From Callorhinchus milii (lineage: Eukaryota), in NCBI RefSeq assembly GCF_018977255.1, contig NW_024704742.1:99388001-99452000 (forward strand): a stretch of DNA of 64,000 bases. The letters are read 5' to 3'. A model generated the notes under the pieces. The model made no database searches and was not told the DNA's origin. It worked only from the letters and a program-made list of their open reading frames with translations. Positions 25,755 through 37,984 of this stretch are shown here, piece by piece; positions within the stretch are counted from its first letter, which is position 1; every line of letters begins with the position of its first letter. The translations under genes and the position numbers were made by a program.

Positions 25755-26584
25755 TATATATTTTTTAAAAAAGTAGTATGGTCCTTTGGTGCAAAACATT
25801 ATTTCATTACTTTTTCAAAAAGAGAAAAAACGAGACATGTGTCTGCAATACTCTACACACTACTGTACTATAGTTCATTAAAAATAGAAATCTGTGCCAA
25901 CAACTAAATAGCAGCTAAGATGAAAGTCTTGTGAAAGATTTACAGTGAAACCAGATGGGGATAGAGATTAAATAGATACTTTGACATGCTTTTAGTCAAG
26001 GAATACTGGAAAAGCAAAGGTACACTGCTTGTAATATGTAAAGGATTTATTAAAAAAACAATAAAAGCCAATGTGATAGAACAAGTTGGGGACTGTCACA
26101 AAATGAATTGATCATATGCAACCAAGCACACTGGGAAAAATGAGAATACAGAGGAAATGATAGATAACACCAGCATAGATTTGTGAATGTGAAGAACTTT
26201 CATCATTATAAATACAGACTTAAAAAGCAGGTACCGCACTTTGCAGTAATAGCTTGTGAAGCACTTTGAGACATTTTGACGTGATTTGGTGCTGCAAAAA
26301 ATGCAAGTTCGGTCGTCCAGTGCCGTGTGACAATGGAGGTTATATAGGCTTTAAAAAATATGGCGTTGCTTAAAAATAAAGCAAAGGAGGCTCAGGCTCA
26401 AGGAGGCTCAATTAGTGACACAGACCCTTGCATGTGCCATATGTACTCAAGTCTGTGTTCACTCACTGTGATACACTTTGCTCTTATTTCACTTGGCAAC
26501 GCAGAGGCCAGTGATGGCTAAATTCAGTACATATGCATCATTACACCTGTAAAGTGAGTTCCCACAAGATCAAGGTGTCTGTAA

Positions 26585-27625
26585 TGGGGCCTCAGCTTTT
26601 CACCATATATATAAATGACTTGGATGAAGAAAAAGAGAATTTTCGATCAAAATATGCAGGTGGCACAGTAAATTGTTTAGATGGAGGCAGGAAGTTATTT
26701 AAGTGAGTGGGCAAAACTGTGGCAGATGGAATTCGATGTGGGGAAGTGTGAGGTCATTCACTATGGATCCAAAAATAGCAAAACAGCATATTTCTAAATG
26801 GTGAGAAACTAAGAACTGTGGAGGAGCAAAGGGATTTTGGGTGCCCACATACACAAATCACTAAAAACAAGTTCACAGGTACAAAAGGTTATCATAAAGG
26901 CTAATGGGATGTTGGACTTTATCTCAAGGGGGCTGAAATATAATGGAGAGGACATGATGCTTCTACTGTATAGAGCCTTGGTCAAACCCCATCTGGAGTA
27001 CTGTGTTCAGTTTTGGGCACCACACCTCAGGAAGGATATATTGGTTCTGGAGGGGGTGCAGAGCAGATTCACTAGAATTATACCATGGCTTAAACAATTA
27101 AATTAAGAGGACCGGTTGCATAAACTTGGTCTGGATTTCCTTGAGTTTAGAAGGTTGAGGGGTGATTTGATTGAGGTTTTTTAAAATAATAAAGAAATTT
27201 GATAGGGTAGCTACAGAGAATAACAACAACAACTTAGATTTATATAGCGCCCTCCACACCGGACGGCATCTCAGAGCACTTCAACTATTCAGAGAAACTA
27301 TTTCCTCGGGTAGGGAATCCAGATCAAGGGGGCATAATCTTAAAATTAGAGCTAAACCATTTAGGAGTGAAATCAGGAGGCAATTTTTCACCCAAAGAGT
27401 AGTGGAAATCTGGAACTCTCTCACCAAAAAGGCTGTAGATGCTGGATCCATTCACATTTACGAGACTGAGGTGGATAGATGTTTGTTAGGGAAGGGTATC
27501 AAGGGATATGGGGCAATGGCGGGTAACTGGACTTGAGGAACATATCAGCCATGATCTTAAAGAACGGCAGAACAGGCTTGAGGGGCTGATTGGCGTATTC
27601 CTGTTTCTATGTTATATGTTTCTAT
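26585..27625 (+). mobile_element. CR1 LINE RT to 3' end, interrupted by an L2-tail insertion
   Basis: KANGMLDFISRG..LYRALVKPHLEYCVQFWAPHLRKDI..RGHNLKIR..FFTQRVVEIWNSL; tail tttctatgttatatgtttctat. Confidence 0.95.
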
Positions 27626-28419
27626 CAAGATAGTCTCCTCAGCTATCCTGCAGGTGAATCTTGAAGCATTGTGTTATACTGTATTTCAAGTCCAATTGTC
27701 TTAAAGAACTTCTGAGACTATTTGAAGAATTTTGCAAATCAACCCAGACAGTTCTGCCTATCTGCTCATTTCTTGTGTCCCAACAGCCAAATACATTATA
27801 ATTCACAAAAAAAAAGACAATAGAAAATAAATACGTGGAGCACTCTTGGTGACGCAATAGGTAAATCCATAGTCAACTTCTCCATTCCTGATTGATATCC
27901 AGTCCCCCCCCAACCCTTGCAGCTGGGAAGTGACTAGCAAGTGAGGTAAGGGGTCAGGCGTGGCTATGTTGCCCGTTTCCAACAGTCAATTAACCTCCTG
28001 AATCTCCTGACATAGAGGGTAACTGGCTTTACTCAGGAAGACATACTTGTTTCCAATATTCACACAAGGGGCAGAAAGTGCTAATTTGAGCTTTTTCGGT
28101 TGACCTGAGAGGATGGCTTAAAGTTGGCAATTTCTGAAAGTGGCCAAAGTGCGAAAGAAAAGACCAGACAGCAAACTGGATTTCATGCAGCTTGGCAGTT
28201 CATTCGGGTGATGGCTGGATAACAAACAGGAGCAGTGACAACAAATCACTGCTTAAATGGTGCCTCTTGGAGGATAAAGTGCCTCAAGACATAAAGTGTC
28301 CTGGGAACCCCATGTCACCTGCCAGATTTCATTGAAAAGTACTAAGGAGCAAGACACTATTTATGCTGTTCTTTTCCTAACAAGAGTTTTTTTCAACCCG
28401 ATCGGCTGATGTGTTTCCT

Positions 28420-28582
28420 CCCCTTTCCATTCCAGGCCACTTAGGTCAATTGTAACACCTCAATTGGTACTCCAACTGAACTCAGCTGATACAGCACAAG
28501 CCAGGGATAAAAACTGTAAGCATCCTGGTCTGTTTTGTTTAATTCTACACAGGGAGGTGCCTGTACTAACTGAACTACCAGG
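28420..28582 (-). mobile_element. AmnSINE2-like SINE 5' part
   Basis: Minus strand: gtagttcagttagtac...cagaccagga...ccctggcttgtgctg...acaattgacct. Same family as 51035-51225; another piece lies at about 27875-28010 (+). Confidence 0.55.
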
Positions 28583-30889
28583 GATTAAATATTTACAATG
28601 GAATGAACACTTTGCAAAAAAAATTAAACGGGACATTATTGGGTTGCACTTTGAACTCTTCAGCCATGGGCTAAGATGTTGGTGTCAGTCACCTTCAAAC
28701 TTTTTTAATATAATAAATGACTTAGAAAGGGGATGTCACCATCAGGAATCCTCCTTTAAAATGAAAGGGATGTCAGAGCTGATTCTAACTCAGTTTAACG
28801 GGACTGTATATGTAAAGTGGTTTCAAAACCAAAGTGAGACCCTTCATACCGCAGGTAGATTTGTCGTTAAGTACATTAATCAGTTGAAATAAATACTTTA
28901 AGAAATGTGTCAAGCAGGCAATCTAAAATTACCTTTGGCAGGCTGATAAATCTGATTGGAAATGAAAGCTGAAGTTGCAACAATTTCAGTCTGAACAATT
29001 GAACCATCTTCTGCCTCGCCAGAGCAACAGTGGCTGAAACACTGAAAACAATGAAAGCCTCTCATCTTTCTGAGCTATATTAAAACTCCACTCTGTTCCC
29101 TGATACAGTAATCTTATACATAATATATTGAGTCCATTAGATATGCTTAGCGGTGCGCAGAAATGTCACTTTTTCTCTTGGCGGCTGCTCGCTCCACAAG
29201 ACGTAATGTGATATATAAATCATTAGTTCATTTACTGCCTTACATAATTACTTTGCAAAAAAAATGCAGACTTTAGCCTTGAAGTGAGATCCTTGCAAAA
29301 AACAAACTGGAACCCTGGTCTTATAAAGCCAGTAAAAAGTCATCCTGTGCAGTGATAAGTGAAAAGATGTGTATACCCAAGTGTAGGCAAATACACAGCA
29401 GTTCAATTGCCCCAAATCAGTCTAAGATTTTCCAGCAATATGATGTCCTTGGTGAAGGTTAGTTGAATAATTGCATGTGATTATAGCAGAGCCATAGTAC
29501 TTTTCGTGTCAGTATCAATGAAATGAAGATTGATTCCCTTTAATTAATCATTCCAAAATAACCCCTGTTGGAATCCCTATGGAGAAGATGTATGTTTCTA
29601 CATATTTCCTTTAAAGGTTCTTTGATGCATTCTGCTCCCTGATGAGATAATTGTGCTAAGCACATGTTTGCCTGTCCTAATGCATCGTAACCTGTTCTGT
29701 AATTGATTGTTGGTTCCAGTTGTCCGAACCTTCCCCTCTCTCCCCTCCCCCCACTCACTTACATATTAACTATTGAGGGTAAGGAGCTTATTTCACATGT
29801 CAAAGTTCATTAACATCATTACGATCAAACTTTCAGCGGTTTGGTGGGTTTAATGAGAGCCAGTAAGCCACTGCTCTGTTCTTGTTCTTTGGGGGTAAAG
29901 CTTCCGAACAGGTCAGAAAGGAGAGAATATCTTTCACAGAGAAGATATAAGTGATTACAATGTGTATGAGCAGAAGCAAAAAAAAGCCAGCGGTGCATTT
30001 CATGCTTATTTTGCCACATATTTAAAAATTAAGGTTTATTTTCAGTAGAAACATCCAGGACAATCCTCGCCCAATATTGATTTTCAATGAAAAAAGATGA
30101 GATGGAAAAAGCAACAGAAATATGATCCAGTACTGGGTTTTGAGTGGATCTGCCGGGGCTGTGATATTGCTTTGTGCCCATGTGCATTACTTTGAGTGGT
30201 AGAATTTTTTTGTCTTTTACCGAAAACTGCTGAATTGGATTTAGATGTTTTATATGTAACGCAATACTTCTCAGTGTATAAAACAATGCCACTGTTGTTC
30301 TAGCAGCCCAGTGATTCAGTCAATTATGGTGACATTAAGTACCTCTTCCAAAGTAGAACACCGTTCTGTTATCTTTCCTTGAAATGTAGCTTGTTTTATT
30401 GGTATACAATTACAATTTTGAACCACATCTCACTCGAAATGGTGGTCAGACTGGCAGTGCTGGGGAGATTGCGGGTTCTATAAATGTTGCATTAGGATTT
30501 TGCTATCTGTGCTGTTGCACGCCAGCTCTGATAAAATAGGAACTGAGCGAACTGGCTGCAAATAAATCTCAGCAAACATAGATCAACAGAACCCGTCCTC
30601 TGTCTTAATACTGCAATATTTTGTAGCTAATGTTGGGTGGGAGGCTAAGCGATAGTCTATCCTACCTGTGAGGGGCTTGGTTTGCCTCCAGGCAACATTT
30701 AGCATTCTGCAGCCAGTAACATTACGGTAAGGGAGATGCCTACTGGATGCCACACATCAGCTGAAATTTGTTTTTGACATAAGCAACATTTTACATACGA
30801 TAAAATCACACGCTCTTCCATCATGGTGATGAGAAGTTTAACCCTTGATATTTTCAAAGCAAGTAAGTGACTTTAATACACAAATACAT

Positions 30890-31425
30890 TAGCATCTTGC
30901 ATTTATATAGCACCCTTCACATAGGATAGTATCTCAGAGCTCTTTACAATTATGGACTCAGATACTGGAGTGTGGAAAGGGGAAAAGGGAGAGGTAGGTT
31001 TTAAGGTAGAACTTGAAAGAGAGGGGGCAAGCAAGAGGGATGAAGGGAGAGTATTCCAAGAGGAAATAGCATTAAATCTGAAAGCTCAGCCACTGCTGGT
31101 GGGAAATATGTAGCAAGCACAAGTTAGCCAAGCAGTGTGGAGCAAGCAGAGATATGGGGTAGAAGGAGTTCAGAGAGATAGTGAGATGCTATGGCATGAA
31201 GAAATTTGTCAGTGATTATGAAACGCCTGCTTGAAATTGATCGACTAGGAAACAGGGACCCAGGGTAGCTTCCATGGACTGGGGTGATGTACATGCAGAG
31301 CTTGTTGAGGGTGAGGCTGCAGGCGGCAGAGTTTTGGATAAGTTGTAGTTTATGGATGGTGGATCTAGGAATATCAGTGAAGTGTGCATTTGACAAGTGC
31401 AGCTAGAAGGTAATGAAGGTGTGCG
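30890..31425 (-). mobile_element. Old L2 3' fragment
   Basis: Minus ORF TIHKLQLIQNSAACSL; tail cttgcatttatatagcacc. Confidence 0.8.
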
Positions 31426-31426
31426 T

Positions 31427-32605
31427 AACAACAACAACAAAATTACATTTGTATAGCACCTTTTATGTCGGGAGGACGTCCCAAGGCGCTGGACAATCAA
31501 TGTTTCGGACCCAATCTGGAGGTCAGGATCAGGGAGGCAGGGGGGGAAGGAGGGTGATTGAAGGCACAGTCAAGAGGAGGATCTTGAGATGGGTCTTGAA
31601 GGAGGCAAGCGAGGGGGCAAGGTGGAGGGACTGCTAAATGGAGTTCCAGAGGGTGGAGGCAAAGTGGCAGAAGGCTCACCCGCCAATGGTGGGGCGGGTG
31701 AGGTGGGGGTCGTGATGCAGGCCGGAGCCCACTGAGTGGAGGGAGCGGGCAGGTTGGTAAGGGGTTAGGAAGTTGCAGAGTTAGGGGGGAGCAAGGCCAT
31801 GGAGGGCTTTGAAGGTGAAGACCAGGATCTTGGACTGTATCCTCTGTGTGATGGGAAGCCAGTGGAGTCAGGTGAGGGTGCGGTGTTAGCATCACGGAGC
31901 CTGGTGTGAGAGAGGACACGGGCTGCAGAGTTCTGGATGATCTGCAGCCTCTGGAGGGAGGAGTTGGGGAGGCCAACAAGCAGATAGTTTGCGTAGTCGA
32001 GCCTCGATGTGATGAATGCATGTATGAGGGTCTCGGCGTCCTACAGTGTGAAACAATGGCGGAACCAGATGAAGTTGCAGAGGTGGGGGATGGCAGAGCA
32101 GGTCATGGCATGGATGTGGGGCAAAAAGTTTAGTTGAGGGTTCAAATAAGATGCCAATGTTCTGGATGGGCTCAGTGAGGTGGATTGTGCATCCTTGGAT
32201 GGTGATGCTGTCAGTGCCCGAGATGAGGCGGTGCTGACAGGAGCCAATCAGGAGGGCCTCGTTCTTGTTGACATTCAACTGAAGAAAGTTAGCTCTCATC
32301 CAGGACTTGATGTCTGACAGACATTCTGTTCAGGACAGCAGTGGTCCAGGAGCCAAGGGTGGAGGCAGAGAGGAAGAGTTGTGTGTCATTCGCATACATG
32401 TGGAAATTGATCCCACGTCTGAGGATGATGTCACCAAGAGGGAGCATATAGATATTGAAGGAAGAGACCAAGAACAGAGTCCTGAGGAATGCCACATGAG
32501 ATGGTGCGGTGCTAGAGGAGAAACCGTTTGTGGAGATGAAGTGGAGATGGTGTGAGAGGTCTGATCTGAACCATTCAAGGACAGAACCATGAAGGTTGAG
32601 GTGAG
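31427..32605 (-). mobile_element. Young 5'-truncated L2 LINE
   Basis: Minus ORFs [15 protein letters not shown] and [20 protein letters not shown]; (caa)n tail at 31427. Confidence 0.95.
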
Positions 32606-32732
32606 AGGAGGGTTGAGGTGAGAATAAGGGTTAGGGAGGCATTCAGTATGGGATAGGGATGCAGTAGGCAATATGGTGGAGGTGAAGGAAAACAGTTTTT
32701 GTCTTGAACACAATATGCAGTAAAATAACTTC

Positions 32733-32850
32733 AATTTTCCCTCCTCTCCTGAAGGCACTATGTCATACTGGAGTACAGTCCACAGGTGCTAACTGCTCTC
32801 CATTACCTTACCCAAGTGGTTCACTAGATGTTAAGCCATCACAATAGATG
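32733..32850 (-). mobile_element. AmnSINE2-like SINE 3' end
   Basis: Minus strand ...ccacttgggtaaggta...cctgtggactgtactccag...gccttcaggagaggagggaaaattg; the same terminus occurs at 56855-56890. Confidence 0.6.
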
Positions 32851-32981
32851 CTTCTTGTAAGTTAATTTTCTCATTTTGCCTAAAAAATTAAAAATTGTGC
32901 AGAATTGTGGAAAATTCTTAAATTCAGTCAATTTAGAAGCTATTTTTGGAAATTCATAAAAAGAACCAGCTTCCAAATTAA

Positions 32982-33293
32982 CAACAACAACAAACAATAA
33001 AATTACATTTGTAAAGAATGTTTCACGTTGGGAGGACGTCCCAAGGCGGTGAACAGTCAGGGATCAGGACCCGAGCGTGGGTGGGGGGCAGGGTTGGGGT
33101 GAGGAGTGCAGAGAGATCGGAGGGTGGCTGAAGGTACCGTCGAAAAGGAAGATCTTGAGTTGTGCCTTGAAGGAGGCAAGGGAGGGAGCAAGGCAAAGGG
33201 TTTGTGGGATGGAGTTCCAAAGGGTGGGGGCAGAGAAGCTGAAAGTCCGGCTGCCAATGGTAGGATGGGTCAGGCAGGAGACATGGAGCCTGA
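32982..33293 (-). mobile_element. L2 3' fragment with 10-bp TSD
   Basis: L2 tail and 3' body flanked by tccaaattaa at 32972-32981 and 33294-33303. Confidence 0.92.
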
Positions 33294-35352
33294 TCCAAAT
33301 TAAGACTAAATGCAGGAATTTTCCATAGTTCGCCTATGAAAAGTCACCACACCTTACAGTCAATCCTATGAAGTGCTTTGAGGTGTCCCCTCGATGTGTT
33401 AAAAAGAATTATTATTAGGTTTATTTATTCTGCGGATCTTACATTTTAAGGAAAATAGAATTACAGACTAAGACTAGGTGGAATTTCAGGCCATTTTATT
33501 TCCGTCAGCCTGTTGTCTGACACATGTAGAAACCCATCACCATGCTTAGGAGTATTCAAACCAAACTGAGAGTTCTATGCATCCCACCTATACATGGAAA
33601 TTCCAAAGATATTTATTTCAGGCTTAGATGTTTTCATTATAAGATCACACTGGCAAGGTATATTTGCAGACCACGGGGGGCATTAAAGTAAGGGTTATTT
33701 AACATACGTTTATGTACCAAGAGCGGTAAATGTACCAACAAGCAGAGGACCACCACTCCATAATGTAATTTTTCTTTCCAACTGTGGATGCATTCTCCCC
33801 AAAATAATAGCAAATGACATCCTGAAAGATTGAATTCTAGCAACTGCAGTTCAAGATTATGAAATGAGAAGTTCAGTCACAGCCATCCATTTTCCCATCA
33901 ATCATCTCTTACTTTGTTATTCATGTAGGTGAAAAAGCAATACTTTCACAAGAAGCTGATAGCCTCTGGCCTTGCCTAGAGTAAATTAGCATAGATCCAG
34001 TGACCTGTTTCAACTGAAATCCAACCAGCACAAACCAGCCCAACCAAAGCCACACACATCAAACTCAAGGCTAGAACTGGCCTCTTAATAACCCATTGCT
34101 CTTACAAACCGGAATGGCCCTAAATGTTAGCCAGAGACAGACGATTGATTATAAGATCCCAAGTCTAACATTTCCTCTCCAATGCTTCCCTATAGGTCAC
34201 CAATGTTTTATCTATGTTTCATGGATCAGCTAATTGAACTCCTAATAACTCAGTGCCATATTGATGCTCTGGATGGAACCTTACTACCCGAAGGTCCTAA
34301 AATTCCATCCAATCTTAACTCGTAAAACCATTTCGAATAAAATCTAAGATTGGAAAATTTTGTGAAAAATTCTTAAATTCTGTTTTAATTTAGTGAACCG
34401 TTCTTTTTAAGAATTGCAGAAAATTAGCTTCTCTCACGTGTTATAAATGAATGCTGTGGTTCCACCCAGATGTAAAGATAGCCTCTGGAACCATGGGTCT
34501 CTGCTAAGTGTTACACAGTTCGTAGCGCAGGATTGTCTGGCCCTTTGGCCTATTGTGAACTCATGCAGATTTTTGCAGTTGTTTTCAGTCTGGGAAGAGT
34601 AAGTGTTGCACCTAATGCTGGCCATGTCACACTGAAAGAGAAGGAAGGAGAGGAGGTTTGCAAGAGCCCCTACCATAGAAAGCCAAGTATTGTCTGAGAC
34701 ATTACCCAGCCCTGTGTACTGCAATAGTACCTAATACCATGTAATGTTGGAGAAGTGTGTCAGAAGGCTCTGGCTACTAAACAAAGCAGAAATTGAATTG
34801 TGCCTTTTGCTATAAAGAAGCCCTGGAGACTTATTCAAACTCTGCAAAGGTTCTACCTGTGGTTGTGATGGTCCCAACAGCCCCTAATAGTTATACATTT
34901 GGGAGTTTCCAAATCCCTACAGGAGACATTTCTAATAACTGGTGGCATTCTGCATCAAGAAAAGTTGTAAATGCCATGTTTAGAAGGATGTCAGTCAATG
35001 CCACTCTCATCTCTGGATTAGAATGTTGTGGGTTCAAGCCCATGGTCGGTCTTGAGGTCATAGTCTGGTATGACACTCCAGTGCAGTAATCGGTGAGCAA
35101 TGCAGTGTTGGAAATGCCTTCTTTCAATGAAGGACTCTCCAATACATTCTTCTTGTGTCCCCCCCATTGAAGTCAAATGTGGCATTTTTTCAGGGCTCTA
35201 TCCTCTGTATTCTCCTCTTGACCAATTATACGTGTTCCCCTTGGTGACATCATCTGAAGACATGACTATTATGTGGTGTAAAATATATCCTGTGAAACAC
35301 TTTGAGATGTCGTGAAGACGTGGTAAGGCGTTATATCAAATGCAAGGATTAT

Positions 35353-35640
35353 TATAATCTGTCGATTGTGCGGTGTATAATCTGTCGATTGTGTGGTGTA
35401 TACTGTCTGTTGTGTAATGTATAATTTCCTATGTGTGGTGTATGTCTGTAGTGTAGTGTATGAGTTTCTGTGTGCGATGTATAATATCTGCTATGTGAGT
35501 TTTTATCTGTGCTCTACAATCTGTCTATTGTGTAGAGTATGAGTTTCTGTGTGTGGTGTATATGTCTATTATGTGGTGTATGAATTTGTATGTGTGGTGT
35601 ACAGTCATCCAACTGAAGTACATACAATAATCTATTTTGT
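35353..35640. repeat. Degenerate minisatellite, ~20-23-bp unit
   Basis: ataatctgtcgattgtgcggtgt / ataatctgtcgattgtgtggtgt, then decaying gtgtggtgtatg variants. Confidence 0.8.
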
Positions 35641-35754
35641 GTCGTCTCTGTGTTTCTGGCTCTGGTGTTCATCATTTCTATAAAGACGCTGTTGTGTGTG
35701 TGTATGTTTCCCTTTGCGTTGTTTGCTCCTGTCCTTAGCATTCCCCTCCTCATC

Positions 35755-36145
35755 TGTTGGATCTCCATTTCCACATAAATGCATGTAACATCCATCTCTG
35801 CCTCTCTGCCCCTACCCTCAGTTCTGGGACCCCTGCTGTTTTGACCACTTGCCTGTTGAGCACCATGTCCTGCATGAGTTCTAACTTCCTACAGCTCAGT
35901 ATTGACAAGACTGAGGCTCTCCTGCTTGGCTACAATCAGCATCTTCTCACCTCACCAACCTGCATGGGTTCTCATTCTACCTCAAGGAGTGAACAGACCC
36001 TCTGTCTTGTTCAACCCCCAACTTTCCTTCCAACCTGGACTCCTTAGCTCCTCCCTAAACAAGCTGAGGACCATTCAGCATTTAGACTATTCCTGAACCA
36101 AGCACCGTGAGTGAGCCTTTCACCCACATCCACACTTGGTTCCAC
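35755..36145 (+). mobile_element. Old L2 fragment
   Basis: ORF SCMSSNFLQLSIDKTEALLLG. Confidence 0.8.
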
Positions 36146-36529
36146 TGTGGTTTTTTTCAAAATAGCTGGATTCCCAAAGCACTGAACTTAATGGACTGTA
36201 CCCAAATGACTTTTAAATCCCACTCAAACTGCAGCCCATATTGATGTCATTCAAATATAGTTCCTATAAATTATTTCAAGCAGTGAATCATTCAAATGAA
36301 TGCCCAGTAACCAGGCATCAGACATAACACTGAAGACATTGTACATAAAGCTCAGGCCATCAGAGGCTTGAACTTCCACCTAGTTGTAGCCTGTGAAACC
36401 ACGTTGTCTTAAAATTTGAGATAATACAGAATTGTAGTAAATTCTTCATGTCCGTCTTTATTTAGGGGGATCTGCGGAAAACCAGCTGCCCTATTTGACA
36501 AATGATAAAGTGGACAAAAGTGGTCACAT

Positions 36530-37316
36530 TGGTCAAACTGACAAATGACATTCTGTCCATCTGCAACCAGGGCTCCCTCTGCTTCCTCGTCCTCCTTGCC
36601 GTACCTGCTGCCTTCGACACCATCGACCATTCTGTCCTCATCCACCGACTCTCCTCTCACCTCAACCTTCGCAGCTCTGTCCTTGACTGGTTCAGATCAG
36701 ACCTCTCACACTGCCTCCACTTCATCTCCACAAACGGTTTCTCCTCTAGCCCCCGCACTGTCTCGTGCGCCGTTGCTCAGGGCTCTATTCCTTGGTCCCC
36801 TCCTCTTCAATATCTATATGCTCCCTTTTGGTGGCATCATCCATGGACATGGGGTCAACTTTCACATGTATGCGAATGACACACAACTCTACCTCTCTAT
36901 CTCCACCCTTGACTCCAGGACCACTGCTGTCCTGACAGAATGCTGTCAGACATCAAGTCTTGGATGAGAGCTAACTTTCTTCAGTTGAACAGCAAGTTCA
37001 ACTGAATGTGGAGTCCTGTAGCTCAGTGGTTAGAGCACTCGCTTTGCAAGTGAGAGACCTGAGTTCAATTCCAGGCAGGGCGAAACCTTGGGCAAGTTTC
37101 CTTACTCCACACAGAGCCTAATAATAATCCCTCCAAAAAACCAAAAACAATAATTAAGTTGGTCATTTTCAATCTACGACTGTTTGTGGGACATTGCTGT
37201 GCGCAATTGGTTGCCGCGTTCGCCCACAAATATACAGTCAATTCACTTTACAGTGTGTTCTGTGAAGCGCTTTGGGATGTCCTCCTGACGTGAAAAGCGC
37301 TATATCAAATGCAAGG

Positions 37317-37349
<33 letters not shown>

Positions 37350-37512
37350 AAGACTGAGAACCTCCTGATAATCATCTTCCTTCTCTCCCTGCCTTCCACC
37401 TTCCCCAATCCTAACCCCAGTTCGGTTCCAAAACTCTGACTGTCCAGCACCTTGGGATGTCCTCCCGATGTGAAAGGTGCTATACAAATGTAATTTTGTT
37501 GTTGTTTTTGTT
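36530..37512 (+). mobile_element. L2 LINE, internally deleted and split by a SINE
   Basis: [28 protein letters not shown]2 resumes after the SINE with aacaagactgag, then jumps to the 3' end with (gtt)n. Confidence 0.92.
37010..37346 (+). mobile_element. Young full-length tRNA-Ala-like SINE, short variant
   Basis: GGAGTCCTGTAGCTCAGTGGTTAGAGC (A box), GTTCAATTCC (B box), anticodon-like loop ttTGCaa, about 9 TTA units. Confidence 0.95.
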
Positions 37513-37984
37513 GACACTCCGTCTGCACAGAACAGAATGGCACAGATTAAACTAACAAATTCAGCCATCACAGCAACTTATCTAACAGGTTATTATTCAT
37601 TTTTCTTGTCACCTAAACTAAAAGAAACACCTCACATATTAATAAAGTTCTGCAGTACTGTATATGTTTAATAAAATTCCAATTTACTTTCATCATGAAT
37701 GGGAAGACTTGCACAACCCACTCACATCTCCGTTATTTGTGAGTTACGTAGTCTTTTGGACTTGTGAAGGAAAAATCTATATCTCATTAACAGTATGTGG
37801 TATCCCTTCTGACCTCACCAGAAAAAAATTCCAGTTAAGTGAATGACTATTTCGGTGGGGGGATGAAAATATTTCTCCAGTTGAAGTCAAAACACCAAAG
37901 AATCAATTTGTGGACTAGGAAATTAATATTCTCTCAGCTGAGAGAATTCCATCCCAGTAGGAATTCCACCTTTTATTTACCCTC

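Noticed and set aside
27171..27536. Novel protein with a poly-N stretch
   Set aside because: CR1 ORF2 read through an inverted (CAA)n L2-tail insertion.
28464..28892. 142-aa ORF (also 19608-19979 and 60470-60904)
   Set aside because: No recognisable domain or splice structure; 28464 overlaps a SINE relic. Consistent with chance ORFs.
35353..35640. CRISPR-like array
   Set aside because: No unique spacers, no cas genes, and a eukaryotic context; it is a degenerate minisatellite.
37010..37082. Genuine tRNA-Ala gene
   Set aside because: It continues into the SINE body without a Pol III terminator, and multiple diverged copies have varying anticodons.
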